Source of the DNA: Lepidodermella squamata | Taxonomy: Eukaryota > Animalia > Gastrotricha | Assembly (NCBI GenBank): GCA_047495785.1 | Contig: JBLDXI010000001.1 | Location: forward strand, 5,022,001 to 5,086,000 | Direction: 5' to 3' | Length of the DNA: 64,000 nucleotides | Part shown: in pieces, positions 21,401-33,333 of the stretch | Numbering within the stretch: the stretch's first letter is position 1 | Layout of the letters: each line of letters starts with the position of its first letter | Notes under the pieces: model-generated | Seen by the model: only the letters and a program-made list of their open reading frames with translations | What the model was told of the DNA's origin: nothing | Database searches by the model: none | Program-made: the position numbers and the translations under genes

Positions 21401-24400
21401 CAATTATAAAACAAGTCCCTAGAATACAAAGGACAATTTTGAGCGTTTCACGAGTGCTCAAGACTCAGTAGCAAGGAAATCGAAAAAGTCCAAGGTTCAG
21501 AACGACCCATTCCACTTTTAGCTTCGAACTTAAATATTCACATTCAAAGATTCCAATCTGATTTTTTTCAATTTTTTCATTAATATTAACTTCAATAATG
21601 TTTACTTCAAAGCTGGGTCATAGGAGAAAACTAAGAAATCCGAACTAAGAAGCTACCTATAATTTGAAATTTCTCAGTATTTTGGAAAGCCGAGATTCTG
21701 AGCGAATCCAGCATCCATAATCTGGCCCCGCTCTCCGTCAATTTCGATTCAAATAACTTCATATGAAAATTCTATATGGTAGCAAAGCATCCTTGTTATG
21801 TGCAACCAACCTGTTGTGCGGGGCGGAAAGGTTGGTGCCCGAGTTGGCGAGGAGGTCGTCGTTGGGCGAGCGCAGCAGCCACTTGCCCGGGTCGACGTAG
21901 ATGCGGACGAGCAGCTGCGTGGAGGCCGGGATGGAGTCGGCGGGCGGCGCCGCCTCGCCCGCCACCACCTTGCGCTCGATGGTCTCGTTGCGCGCGTACG
22001 AGTCCAGCTCGAGCAGCAGCCGCTGCTTGTACGAGCTCATGCGCCGGAACTCGTCCGCGTCCGCCGCCAGCTGCATCAGCGCCGCTTCGGACGACGCCGC
22101 CACCGCCGCTGCGCCCACCGACCCGCCAACGCCGCCACCACCAGAAGCAGCCTTCGAAGCCGAGGCCGAGGCTGCGTTGCGGCGCGAGAAGGCGCGCACG
22201 AGCCCGTCGACGGTGGCGCCCAGCACCTGCTCGTCGCCGTCCGAGCGGTAGTCGGCGCGCACCATGCCGGCGACGGCGCCGGGCAGCGTCGCCTTGAAGA
22301 GCGGCTCGCCGTCGGGCGCCGCCTCGCTGCGGCACTCCACCTTGCCGTTGGACCAGCCGACGAGCAGCTCGGCGACGCCGTCGTCGTTGGCGTCGAAGGC
22401 GAGCAGGGCCGTCGCCGGCGTCTTCGCCTTGATGCGCCAGAAGCGCGTCGTGCCGTCGTACATGCCGACGATGCCGTTGCGAAGTGCGAACGCGAGCTTG
22501 GCCGAGCCGGAGCCGAGCGGGCACAGCGTCGTCACGACGTCCGTCTCGTCGAACTCGGTGGCGAGCGCGTCGCCGCGGAACAGCCGGATCTCAAAGTCCT
22601 CGGAGCCGACCGCCAGCTCGGCCGCGCCGTCGCCGTCGTAGTCGTACAGCGCCAGGCTGTGCACCGTGTCGCCCGTCATCGTCCACATCTTCTCCGTGCC
22701 GTTCGCGTCGAAGCCTACGTGTCATAATATTGCATAACATCAGTTGACTGATTAATAAACAGGCATCGATTTTTCGATTCTATTATAACCCCAAACCCAA
22801 AAAAAGCCAAAAAAAGATTTTCTAGCATCCTGAAAAACCGATTAAGAAAATTAAAGGCAAAGCCACAGATGTTCTAAGACCGAAGCCTTGTAAAAGTCTT
22901 TGTTGACTTTTCAAGCGCCTTTGACAAAGTTAGTCGATTTCTGCTCATTAAAAAGCTGATTAAATCAGGGTTGCTTCTACCATTCATTGAAGCCATCAAA
23001 AACATGTACGCCGATAACAAACTATTGTTGCGATTCAAATCTTCACGTCGTTAGGAACTACACTTACGCCGGTGGCTTCTAGAGGCAGACAAACAAGAGC
23101 ACAGTTTTCCTCTTCAACTGCCACTTGGTGAAACAAATTGGCCGTATGCCGACGAACGCCACGAACGAGCTTGTAAACCGTGAATTTTACCTTGACCCTC
23201 CTGAATGCATCCTCACAAAAGCTGCCGCCAGACATGGCCTACATGGGGCTGAAATTTGAGAACGGCCATGTGCTCTTACGAATTCTTTCCATTTATCCAC
23301 TGGCTAAAATCGTGCACAAATTGCTACTCTACTCTCATTGCAACTTAATTTTTGCTATTTCAATGTTTTATACTCAACAATTGAGCCTAAAATTGAGCCT
23401 GGCGCTGATCAACGGCCGTGAGCAGATTGCCGCCGCCATCGCCGCCACCGACCCGGCAATCGTGCAAGACATGTGTTGGGAGCGTTGAGTGGCGCCGTGT
23501 TCCACGTAGCCTAAGGCGTGCCATTTGGCCCGAAACGCGCCGTCACAGCAGCAAGTCACAAAGCTATTTCATCGCAAAGTCGTAAGAAAGGAGCCGCCAA
23601 GTCGAATCCGCCGAAACGCCGCCATGTTGTGCAATCCGTCGCGGTTTCTGCTACTGTCGTGTACTGCGGCAGCAGTAGCAGCCGTCAACGATCGCTCATT
23701 GCCGGCAGCTATCACGATGCCGTCTACAATGCTGTCGTGTGCGACGATAGCATTATTCCGTTAGAGCGCTACACGAAGGCCCAGTACGATACTGTTTACC
23801 AGCGCATGCAGATCGGTGACTGGCAAATCATTCCAGACTTCAAGCTTAAAGGCAGTGTCATCCGTCACCATGTGTACTGGGTAAGAATTTTCTTCATGGA
23901 AATCGTAACCCCAACTTAGCCTTTCCGCACAACGTTCGCTATTTCAACGGGTGGAAGTGCGTTGACGATCCGCAGCACTCCTGTACGCGGAATCGCCCGC
24001 CACTGCTGGTCGGCAATTAGCCGGAGGTTCGGCTAGATCGGTTGCTGAACGCCTCGCATGGAACTAGCTCCGCGAAAGTACGACGGTGTCCTGGTCTGGG
24101 AACGAGTGGAGCAAGCACCCCGGGCCCCCACGCAGGAAACCCGAGTCAATTATCCTTTGCCGCGTTGGGTCCTGTTATAGGCCTTTCACGTGGATGCGCT
24201 TCAACGAGGTCCACGGTTTCACGTGGGTGCGTCACGGCGAAGTCGAGGTCAATGTTAACGTGATGGGTGAATTGATGATGTTTCGCAACATCGGCCGCAT
24301 AACCGTCCGAGGCCCGCAAGGCTTCGAGCGGCATCATTATTATTATACTTTATTATTTTTATTCAATGATCCGACATTCCTCAATATTTGATATTTGTGA

Positions 24401-25709
24401 CAAAAATGGAACTTTATTGATACTTACAATACTTTGTTGACTCTATTATACAATGAATTTTGACAAATGAGAAACGTTGTTAAAACTTTCAAAGCTTAAT
24501 TGAGCTTAGTTCGAAGCAATGATTATTTTGCAAAATTCGTCGTTATTGTTATACCTATTTGCGTTGAATCAATCGCCTCCATTACAATTTAGACAATTGA
24601 TTTGTTCCAGTTGAGAAAATAACGATGGCTTATCGTGATCCCACAGCATTGCTTGCTCGGAAGAAAATGATGATAATGATGTTGCGACGGGAGCGGTGCA
24701 CACAAATGGAACCCCTATCTACTAGAACTCGCGGTCATTGTCATCGCCTTAGCTGTCGTCGACCGGATGGCCGTTATCGTAATGCTACGTCGCCTATATT
24801 CGCCAATTTTCTCATTCTCAGTCGCGTTCTTCCTATTTGCAACGAATTGCCCTATCATGCTTTTTCGTCTACCGACAACTTTGATGCTAATCTGACATCT
24901 TTTAAATCAAAAATACGTAAGCTAGATTTTTCTAAACACGCCACTCATGGAAGCTCATTTAACTACATGTTTTTTAAGCTCCATTCTCTCTCTCTTCAGA
25001 ACTGATGTTTTTATCGTTACTTTACCCTGGCCTTCTGTTTCCTCGAATTTGCACCATCATATACTTTTTATGAATACATTTTTCGGAATATAATAGTAAT
25101 TATCATTAATTCTAAAAATTGTAATATTTATGATAATATTAAGGCTCTTCACACTACGTATTTTTCATCTTATAATGTGTTCCCATTCACACATTTGTTG
25201 AAAGACTAGTTTTACAAGTGTAACAAGGCAAACATACCTTGAAGGGTGCAGTTGCCGCCGGCGATGACGAGCGGCGACTCGAAGGGCGCGAGGCGGCCGA
25301 CGGTGAGGGCGCGCACGCCGTCGGCCACCTCGTGGTAGAAGGCGTCGGCGTTGCGCTCCACGTTGTACGCGAGCAGGGCGGCGCTCGAGCCCACGAACAG
25401 CGTGTCGACCGGCGACGTCGGGTTGAGGCGCCCCACCGCCACCGCGCCCACCGGCTGCGCCACGTTCAGCAGGAACACGTCGCCCGTCTCGCTCGCCGAC
25501 TTGGTGCCGCCGCCGCCGCCGCCTACGCTGCTACTGCTGCCGCTGGCTGTTTTGAGGCCGGTGGTTCGACTGGCGGGCGAGTGTACGAACACGCGGTTGC
25601 CGACGGTGGCGCCGACGAGGCACGCGTGCAGCCCGTCGAAGCAGCCCACCGCCAGCGTTCCCGTTTGCACCGCATGGCCCAGGTTCACGTCGTAGATCGG
25701 CGATAGCAT
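18493..25709 (-). CDS. BBS2: Bardet-Biedl syndrome 2 protein (BBSome subunit)
   Basis: Exons 25709-25238, 22714-21811, 21254-20775, 19581-19091, 18587-18493 with phase-consistent GT-AG junctions. GCFDGLHACLVGAT..RVFVHSP, IAGGNCTLQGFD, ELAVGSEDFEIRLF, C-terminal LRVGKFKTELVAACREAI. Confidence 0.93.
22890..23055 (+). mobile_element. Non-LTR retrotransposon reverse transcriptase fragment in BBS2 intron 1
   Basis: Translates VFVDFSSAFDKVSRFLLIKKLIKSG...IEAIKNMY, the DFxxAFDxV region of LINE RTs. Bounded by stop codons. Confidence 0.7.
23390..24340 (+). pseudogene. Decayed coding-like sequence nested antisense in BBS2 intron 1
   Basis: GC-richer block with protein-like fragments in shifting frames, a possible 39-nt GT-AG intron (23881-23919) and internal stops. 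No family recognised. Confidence 0.3.
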
Positions 25710-26290
25710 ATCGCTCACTCACTCACTCACTCACTTACTAACAATACAGGCCCTAAAACAAAAACAATGATCATGATCGCAAGGCGGGTTGGTTTCTTTC
25801 TATAAAATAAGTAATGACATTTTAGGATATTATGAGTAAATGTCTCGCAGAGAACAACAGAGTAGACGCTAGTTTTGAAGCACTTTATTCAGTTTAGCAA
25901 GGTTCAAGTTTAAAGTGAAAATATCAAGGCGGTAGAGAACAGAGTAACAACGGCCCGTCGCAAAGTCGCCAAATTCAGCTGCCAATAGCAAATCTTATTT
26001 TTTCAATTCAAAACTGCATTTTTCATTTTCGTTTTGGAAAAAATCCTTGCGAAAATTCACAACTTGAATTCATTATTTAAAATTCAACTAAGCTTCAAAC
26101 AAAGGGAGCAAATTTGCGACGGCACCTTTCCATTTGAGCAAATAACCGTACGTACGTATAGGTACCATTCGGGAATGCATTTTTTCTCAAAATATTCGAA
26201 TATCGAATGTGAATATACTATGTATTGCATCATCGGAAGCACGAATGCATGTTGGCATTTCAAATAATAAATTTCACAACCATGATTTGA

Positions 26291-29200
26291 TCAACTCGAT
26301 GAGCTTGATTTCTCGAGAGATTGCCGCCACCTGGCGACCCGGCTCAGCGTCCACAGAGGCAGCGAAACCACAAGGCAGTGAAACACGGCCGTGAATGCAA
26401 TGGCGACGATTGAAAACACGAGCCGAGGCACGAACACTTTGTAGGCCATCAAATGCCGCCGAAGTAGACACGCGGCGGTTGCAGAGGCGAGCATTTCGAG
26501 CGCAGACGCCGCCACAAAAACGAGACTCGTCCTAAGCAGTGGGTTCGCGAACTGGCTCGGATTCGCCGCGAGACCCGCTTCCGCCTCCGAGTTGCGCGGC
26601 GACAACTCGTAAACCGGCCATAGCACGAAGAGAGGCATCGCTAGGACCGCCAGTATCACACCGGCGTACGTGTTCGACAGCACCATCGACGCCGGAATGG
26701 CTAGATTCGACGGCAGCTGGTCGAAGCCGATGAACGCCGACTGCCACCGCAGATGCGTCCACGCCGGCTGGTGGCCGGTCGCGTAGAACGCAGCAATCGA
26801 CAGTAGGTACAACGCAATGCCGACCGAAACGCCGCCCGGGGCCAACTCCAGGCAATACAACAGCAAAATCGCTAGAAAAACCAACGACAACGCAATGGCA
26901 ACGCCATCGCCGAGCAGCAGGGCTAGGATGAGGAAAACAGCCGTGAAAAGCATGGACCAAGCGGCGGAAATCGACGATCCCAGTCCGGCGACGTACAAAT
27001 CACGCACGTCCGCCTCGCCCCTCGCGTACTTCTCTTTAATCAGCGCGTAAAGTGAGCGAATAACCGCTGGATCGGTGGGATCTGCGTCGCCGAGCTGATC
27101 CGAAACCACCTCGGCCTCGCTGCGGGATGAAACCAGCAGAGGCCGAGACATCGAAATCGACGTGATCAGACTGAGTAAGACGTAGGCACCTCTTGGCAGC
27201 AGGATGTTGAAAATAGCCGTGATGGCAGACCGGCCGATTCGCAGCGAAATCGCTTGCAACAACCACGAGCCGATAACGCAACCGCCTAGCAAGGCCAATC
27301 CAGGCCAAAACAGAATCGCCGTCGGAGAAATGCTCGACAGATTGCCGCGGATTCTCGCAAGTCGAACTAGGTACAAAACTGGCAGTGAAATCGCGAATGC
27401 TGCCGCGCCGAATCTCAGTGATAAATAGCCAGGGTGGGCTGAATCGGCGGCTAGTGATGATAAGCCGGTTAGCAACGCAGGTTGTTGGCACTTCGGGCCA
27501 TGCTCTTCACGGCAAGCTTCGAAGGTGAGCGCTGCCCTTAAGACCGCTAACAAGCCTAGAGCCGTTATAATTTGGTTACCAACTGGCGCGGTAATTCCCA
27601 AATGTTGAGCGGGTTTTCCAGGCAGGGCTGACAGCAATCGAGCGCCGACTCGCCACGTTCGAATGACGATGAGTAAGGCGAGAGTCAACGCGACAATCCT
27701 CGCCTCGTGAATAACAAAACTGTTCGAAAATTTGGCGATAAGTAAAGGCACGATGAAAATTGCAAGCCATGCGTTTTCGCCATTCCAAGTCGTTGATTTC
27801 CAGGTTTTCGAAACGCCAAATAAAACAACAAGTAAAACAGCGTTCATCAACGCAACCAACGCCAAATCCGAGCCGAGAACATCCACGTTCAAAACTACTT
27901 TCGCGCAAAGAAGAGATAGCGGCGTTAAAATCGCAAAAATCCCACTCCAAATCAGCCATAGCGGCGCATCAAAGGAGTCGAAACGAGCGAGGATGAGCAC
28001 AACACTTGCAAGGCCTATAATAAGGCCAAGCAGGCCGCCGTAGACTTGAACAAGGCCGAATTTAACCCAAGATTCTTCGCAAGTTTCACGAACTCGCCGC
28101 TGCAGCAATTTATGAATGTCAATTGCTCGCTTTTCCAAAGCTTCGTCGTGCAAACGCTCGATTTCCTGGCGAACTGCATTCTTCTCGTCGAAATAGCGTT
28201 GAACATAATTAGTCAACTGGCGACTGTTCAACTCGTAGGCTTTCAACAAATCGATTTGCGAAAATTCTCCGATTCCGGTAAATAATTCTTCAATGAGCGA
28301 ACCAACGCTTGAAAATGGGATTGGCAAGCCAAGCATTAAAGACAGTGTCGGGATAAAATCGGTCTGGTAAACTGATTGAAGCGAATTTTCCGCAGTGAAA
28401 CTGTGTTTCGGAGCGTAGACGAATAACGCAGATGCAACTTCGAGTTCACTGTCTCCGCCGTGGTCGCCGTTCGGCGTCATTCCATGGTCACCCAGGACAA
28501 ATAAGACCGTGTCATCATCAATTGTTGAAATAGTTTTCCTACATAAAACCAAAATTTATTTCCTTTCGCACATGGCATACAAATCAATCATACCTGATGA
28601 CCGAGTCCATTTGACGCAGCTTTCTCTCCATTTCAGGGTGATTTCGGCCGTATGTGTGGCCGCAATGATCAACACCGAGGAAGTGTCCCAATAGCACGGA
28701 CCAGTCGCGAGTTTCCAACTCTTCATATAAATGATCCAAAACGCCGTTGTCAACTGTGTCCAGGTCTTTCACGTTGAATGACGGATATAGAAATGCTCGT
28801 TTAAATTCATTCGGAAATAGACCGCCCCATGTATCATCGCCCATCGCAACAACACCTAAAAATCTAACATTATTCTACGGATGTGACTTAATTTCAAACC
28901 AACCATTCCCTTTTGATTTAGCTTGGTGGATCCACGAATCCTCCTGTATCTCTGAGCTGAAGAAATTGGCAGCGATCTCGATGAACGTCGATAAACCACC
29001 CGTTGAAAGAGCTTTAATGCGCTGCATAGTAGTCGTTGGCGGATCGGCAACAAATTTGTACAGCCGAACTTTTTTCGCGTATTCGTCTGAGGAAAGCATG
29101 TCTTGAAAAACCGTTAGCTGATTTGCGAAGTAATTCTTGTTTTCAGCAGCTTCTGGATCTTTAACAACAAATGAAAACGAAAGCGCATCAACTAGCAGGA

Positions 29201-29366
29201 TAACCGCTCGCTTGTAAATCGGACGGCTCACTTCATCGCTTGACTTCTCGGAAAATTCAACGCGACGCAAGAAAAAGCCATCGCCAAAGAATAAAATCGG
29301 AGTCAAAACAAGCAAGTGAACCAAAGCAATTAAAGAAACATTTCGAAACAGTAACCTAATAATCAT
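26291..29366 (-). CDS. PIGO: GPI ethanolamine phosphate transferase 3
   Basis: Exons 29366-28904, 28855-28594, 28538-26291. [47 protein letters not shown]...GDHGG, RRHLM..VF.PR. Confidence 0.93.
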
Positions 29367-30317
29367 TCTAGACAAAGAAGGATAATAAGCTATTATTCAA
29401 ATATTGCGATTAGTAGAACTTGCAAATCGCAGTTCGAACAACAAATAAAAGATAACACAATTAAACTTAGCACCCACCTATTCTTCTTTTCAAATAAGTT
29501 TAAAGTTTTGAGATAGCTTTGAAGGAAAAATCTCGAGCTTTTAATACCCATGTAGAATATCAGTCAGCGACTTGATACTAAGCGAGTTGTGATGCCGGAT
29601 GCCGGCAGTGATGTGCTCAAAAGCCAAAGAGTGTTCGCGCTTCTGTTTATGGTGTCAGCGTTTTTCTGCCGAGCAATTGATGATGGAACTCTGAGACCAT
29701 GCGATTCGCCATGCGATATGCGATAGGATGCTATCGTCGATATCTGACATCTACCACAATTGGGTCTAACGTTTAACGTTGCCTGTTCCTTTTGAAATGA
29801 AAAGTGGTTGCCCCTGTGTCCGTCTCGAGAGACGCTTCGAAAACCAACTTTAGCGGCAAAATTCAAATGATATTCATATATTTATTAATTCATGAGTGAT
29901 TAACACTTTATTTTTAATTTTATAAGCTATTGAAAACTTTAAAAAGCTAAAACGCGTGCACAGATTTTTTTTAGGTGCGAGCTAAGTTTTTTTTGTCTTT
30001 GTGTTATGTTTCACCGATTGTGACGGCAGACGCGTGTTGTTGTGTTGACAGCCGCTGTGATTTTCTCAGAAGATTCTACGCTGACCACATACCTGCCAAA
30101 ATCCATGATTTAGGCACGTCCCGCGACAGAGGCGACGATGGACGTCGAGGATAAGGCAGATTTTTCTAGTGAAGCCGATGTTACCTATCGAATCTTGCTT
30201 GCCGATTTCGCTTCAGATTGCAAGGAGACTTATGATTCATGTCTTTATTTTTCATTCAATTTCTAGGTTTATACCTTTTCACGACATGTTCCATATTTTA
30301 TCTAAGAGGCTACACTG

Positions 30318-31745
30318 ATGACTGAATTAGAATACGGAATCAACGTCGCTAATAAGTTCGACTTGCTGTTCGGGGACGAAGACCCGACAGAGGTCTTGAA
30401 CAAAGCGGGTGACGCTAAGAAGAAGAAGGCTGATCCTAAAGCAGCCGCGCCAGCTGGCAATGTTTTGAAAGAGAAGACAGCGCGATCGGCGACAGGCAAG
30501 CCCGTCGAAGGCAAACCTGGCGACAAGAAGGTTGAAGCGGGTAAGGATGCCAAGAAGCCTGGTCAGCAAGGTCAGCAACAAGGTGCTGCGAAAGCCCCAG
30601 CTGCTGGCGGTCAGCAAGGACAACAGCAACGTCCTCCTCGTTCGGCGCCTCAAGGCGGTCGGCCCGAGCAAGGCGGCAAAGAGAACACCTCGGATGCGCA
30701 ACGGCGGCCTCCTCAACAGAAGTCTGGTGACCAGCAACGGTCGCCTGCGGCGGCTGGTGGTCAACAACAAGGCCCCCGTCGTCCATTCGGCGGTCCTCGT
30801 CCGGAAGGCTCGGCTCCCCCGAGGCGGCCGGCTCCGATGGATCATGACTTTGGCGGCTCGAGCGGACCCATGACTGGTGATCAAGAAGTGCCTGAACAAC
30901 GAACTGGCTTTGGTGGCGGACGTGGTTTCCGTGGTGGAGCGTCTGGCTTCCGCGGTGGTCGCGCGTCCCCGCGTCATCAATACCCGCGTGAAGGTGCCGA
31001 GGCTGGCGCTGTTCCGGCGCACGCCCGTGGTCGCGAATACGACCGTCACTCTGGCTCGAACAAGACTGGCGTGAAGCCGATTCAGAAGCGTGAAGGCGGT
31101 GGTTCGCACAACTGGGGCTCATACCGCGACGACGCTGAGCTTGGCGCTGAGGCGGCGCACGCTCCGGAGGGCGCTGCCCCGCCATCGGCTGAGAAGCCGC
31201 CGGCTGGCGAAGAGGGAGCTACCGAGGCCGTGCACGTTGAGGGTGCGGAGGGCGCTGAGACTGGTGAGCCAGCGGAGCCGCAGGTGCACGAGAAGACGCT
31301 GAAGGAGTGGATGGAGGAGGAGGAGCGGAACCGGCTGCGTCCGAAGTACGCGACCCGCGCGGCGAACGAGGGCGAGCCGGAGCAGAAGGTGTTCCAGAAG
31401 ATGCGGCGCGTGCAGCGCGAGAAGGCCGGCGCCGACGGCATGGTCGAGGTGGTCGAGTACGTCGAGGTTGACGTGGATGAGGACAGCCACGTGCCGGCGG
31501 GCGGCTCGGGCAAGAGCGGACGCGGCGGCCCCTTCCAGTTGGTGTTCGCTCCGGCGTCGCGCCCCGAGGGTGGATTCCGCGGTGAAGGTCGCGGCCGTGG
31601 TGGTCCGCGTGGAGGCCGTGGCGGTGAACGCGGAGGCCGAGGCCGCGGTGGCTTCCAGGGTGGCAACCAGGGCCACCAGGGCGGTCATCGAGGTGGTCAG
31701 GCGCCGCCGAAGCAGGACGAGCTCAACTTCCCGCCGCTCGGTTGA
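30318..31745 (+). CDS. SERBP1: SERBP1/HABP4/Vig-family RGG mRNA-binding protein
   Basis: YGINVANKFDLL, REYDRHSGSNKTGVK...KREGGGSHNWG, TLKEW, RGG box, terminal FPPLG. Confidence 0.9.
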   Translation: MTELEYGINVANKFDLLFGDEDPTEVLNKAGDAKKKKADPKAAAPAGNVLKEKTARSATGKPVEGKPGDKKVEAGKDAKKPGQQGQQQGAAKAPAAGGQQGQQQRPPRSAPQGGRPEQGGKENTSDAQRRPPQQKSGDQQRSPAAAGGQQQGPRRPFGGPRPEGSAPPRRPAPMDHDFGGSSGPMTGDQEVPEQRTGFGGGRGFRGGASGFRGGRASPRHQYPREGAEAGAVPAHARGREYDRHSGSNKTGVKPIQKREGGGSHNWGSYRDDAELGAEAAHAPEGAAPPSAEKPPAGEEGATEAVHVEGAEGAETGEPAEPQVHEKTLKEWMEEEERNRLRPKYATRAANEGEPEQKVFQKMRRVQREKAGADGMVEVVEYVEVDVDEDSHVPAGGSGKSGRGGPFQLVFAPASRPEGGFRGEGRGRGGPRGGRGGERGGRGRGGFQGGNQGHQGGHRGGQAPPKQDELNFPPLG

Positions 31746-33333
31746 GTGACGTGACGCGTGACTCGCCCGCTCTGGACCCAGCTGGATTGACTGAAGACTG
31801 AATGGAACCGAAGATGCCGAATCGCGACTACTACTACTATAAATGTATATGTTAATACCACGTATAATAGGCTTCTGTGTATAACAAATCTACATCTACA
31901 TCTACTACTGTGTATATCGTTGACTAGTTGATAATGATAATAATGTGGAACAAATGATAATAAAACCCGACATGATGACACCAAAGCGGACTATGTCGTG
32001 ATAGTATCGAATCGTGCCAGCGGTTGTAGAAGAAATACTACTGAGTTGATGATGAGATGATGATGATGATGATGATGAGAATAAAACTGTGAAATCGCTT
32101 ACTAATCATTGGGTTTGATCATCGCACGATTTGTTAAATGATGTTATTATCGTTATCACGAGTCGACACTATATTCATTCACTGTATCGAGAGCGCGCAA
32201 TTCACCACGTGCCAACAAGTTTGTTTGCTGTGCATTCATTCATTCATTCATTCACGAAATGAGAGAGAGGGGGCATCATCAAACACGAAAGCGCGGTTGC
32301 CACTGTTGTTATACTAGTAATTATATATTTTTCAAATACCGATTTCTCTCGCTCGCCCTGCGATCATCCATTATACCGATCACTTTCTTTTGTCTGTGTT
32401 TTCTTTGTGTTCTAGTTGATCATCCTCACCCGTGCCCGTTTATTACCGATTATTGATATAAATACGTATATACAACAACTATTCATCAAAGATATATCAC
32501 TAGATTTATCGTGTATTATTATTCATTTTTTTCAATTCGTTTGTTCTTATTTCTGCGTGTGTGTGTGCTTGTATGTGGTATGTCCTTGAGCGTGTTCCTA
32601 TACAACTATTAAGTTAGCTTGCCTGGTCTCGAAGCATTTGAAAAAATGATATACCAAGATGAACTCGCTTTTTTCAGAGATACCTCATGCTATACAACAA
32701 TTATTCAACAACTGTCTGTTTGTTCGTTTCTAGTAAAAATTGTCGTTACTACACTTGAATATTACTTATTGTGAGCCTGTGATGCTGTGTGCGTCTCAAC
32801 CTAGTAAACTGATAATAATGATAATACTGATAAGCAGTAGACTGGATTGATGATTGGTAAAAAAGGCTTTCGATTTTCTTCGTTTAGCTAGTTAGCTGAA
32901 GAAAAGTAATAGCCTTACTTATTACTGTTATTATTATTATTACTAAAAATACATATATATAGGAAGTTGAATCAATGAATGCAATGGATATTATGTTAAT
33001 CACTTGATTCAGGTGTTGATTACATCTTCCTTCTTCGAATTACGATGATCATGGTATTGTTATTAGGATCGATTGACGAAGTCGATAACTCTTACGATAC
33101 TAATAATTAGATGTGGTAAAGCACAACGGAACACGTAGAGGGTGTGACGGTCATGTTTTGACGCCGTATTTGGTGATGACGAGGTGTGTGCAGAGATGCT
33201 TCTTACTGAACAATGATGATGATGTTGATGAAGATAAACAATAAAAATACACTAAGACTTTTCTCAACATTTCTCACTCAACTGTTTTTTTCGTTTGATC
33301 TTCATTTTAGGCGTTAATTTGTGTTGGAGAAAG

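Noticed and set aside
18982-22747. Long antisense and alternate-frame ORFs over BBS2 (and likewise over CLPX, SERBP1, PIAS, RPL19)
   Set aside because: Shadow ORFs caused by stop-codon scarcity in very GC-rich exons.
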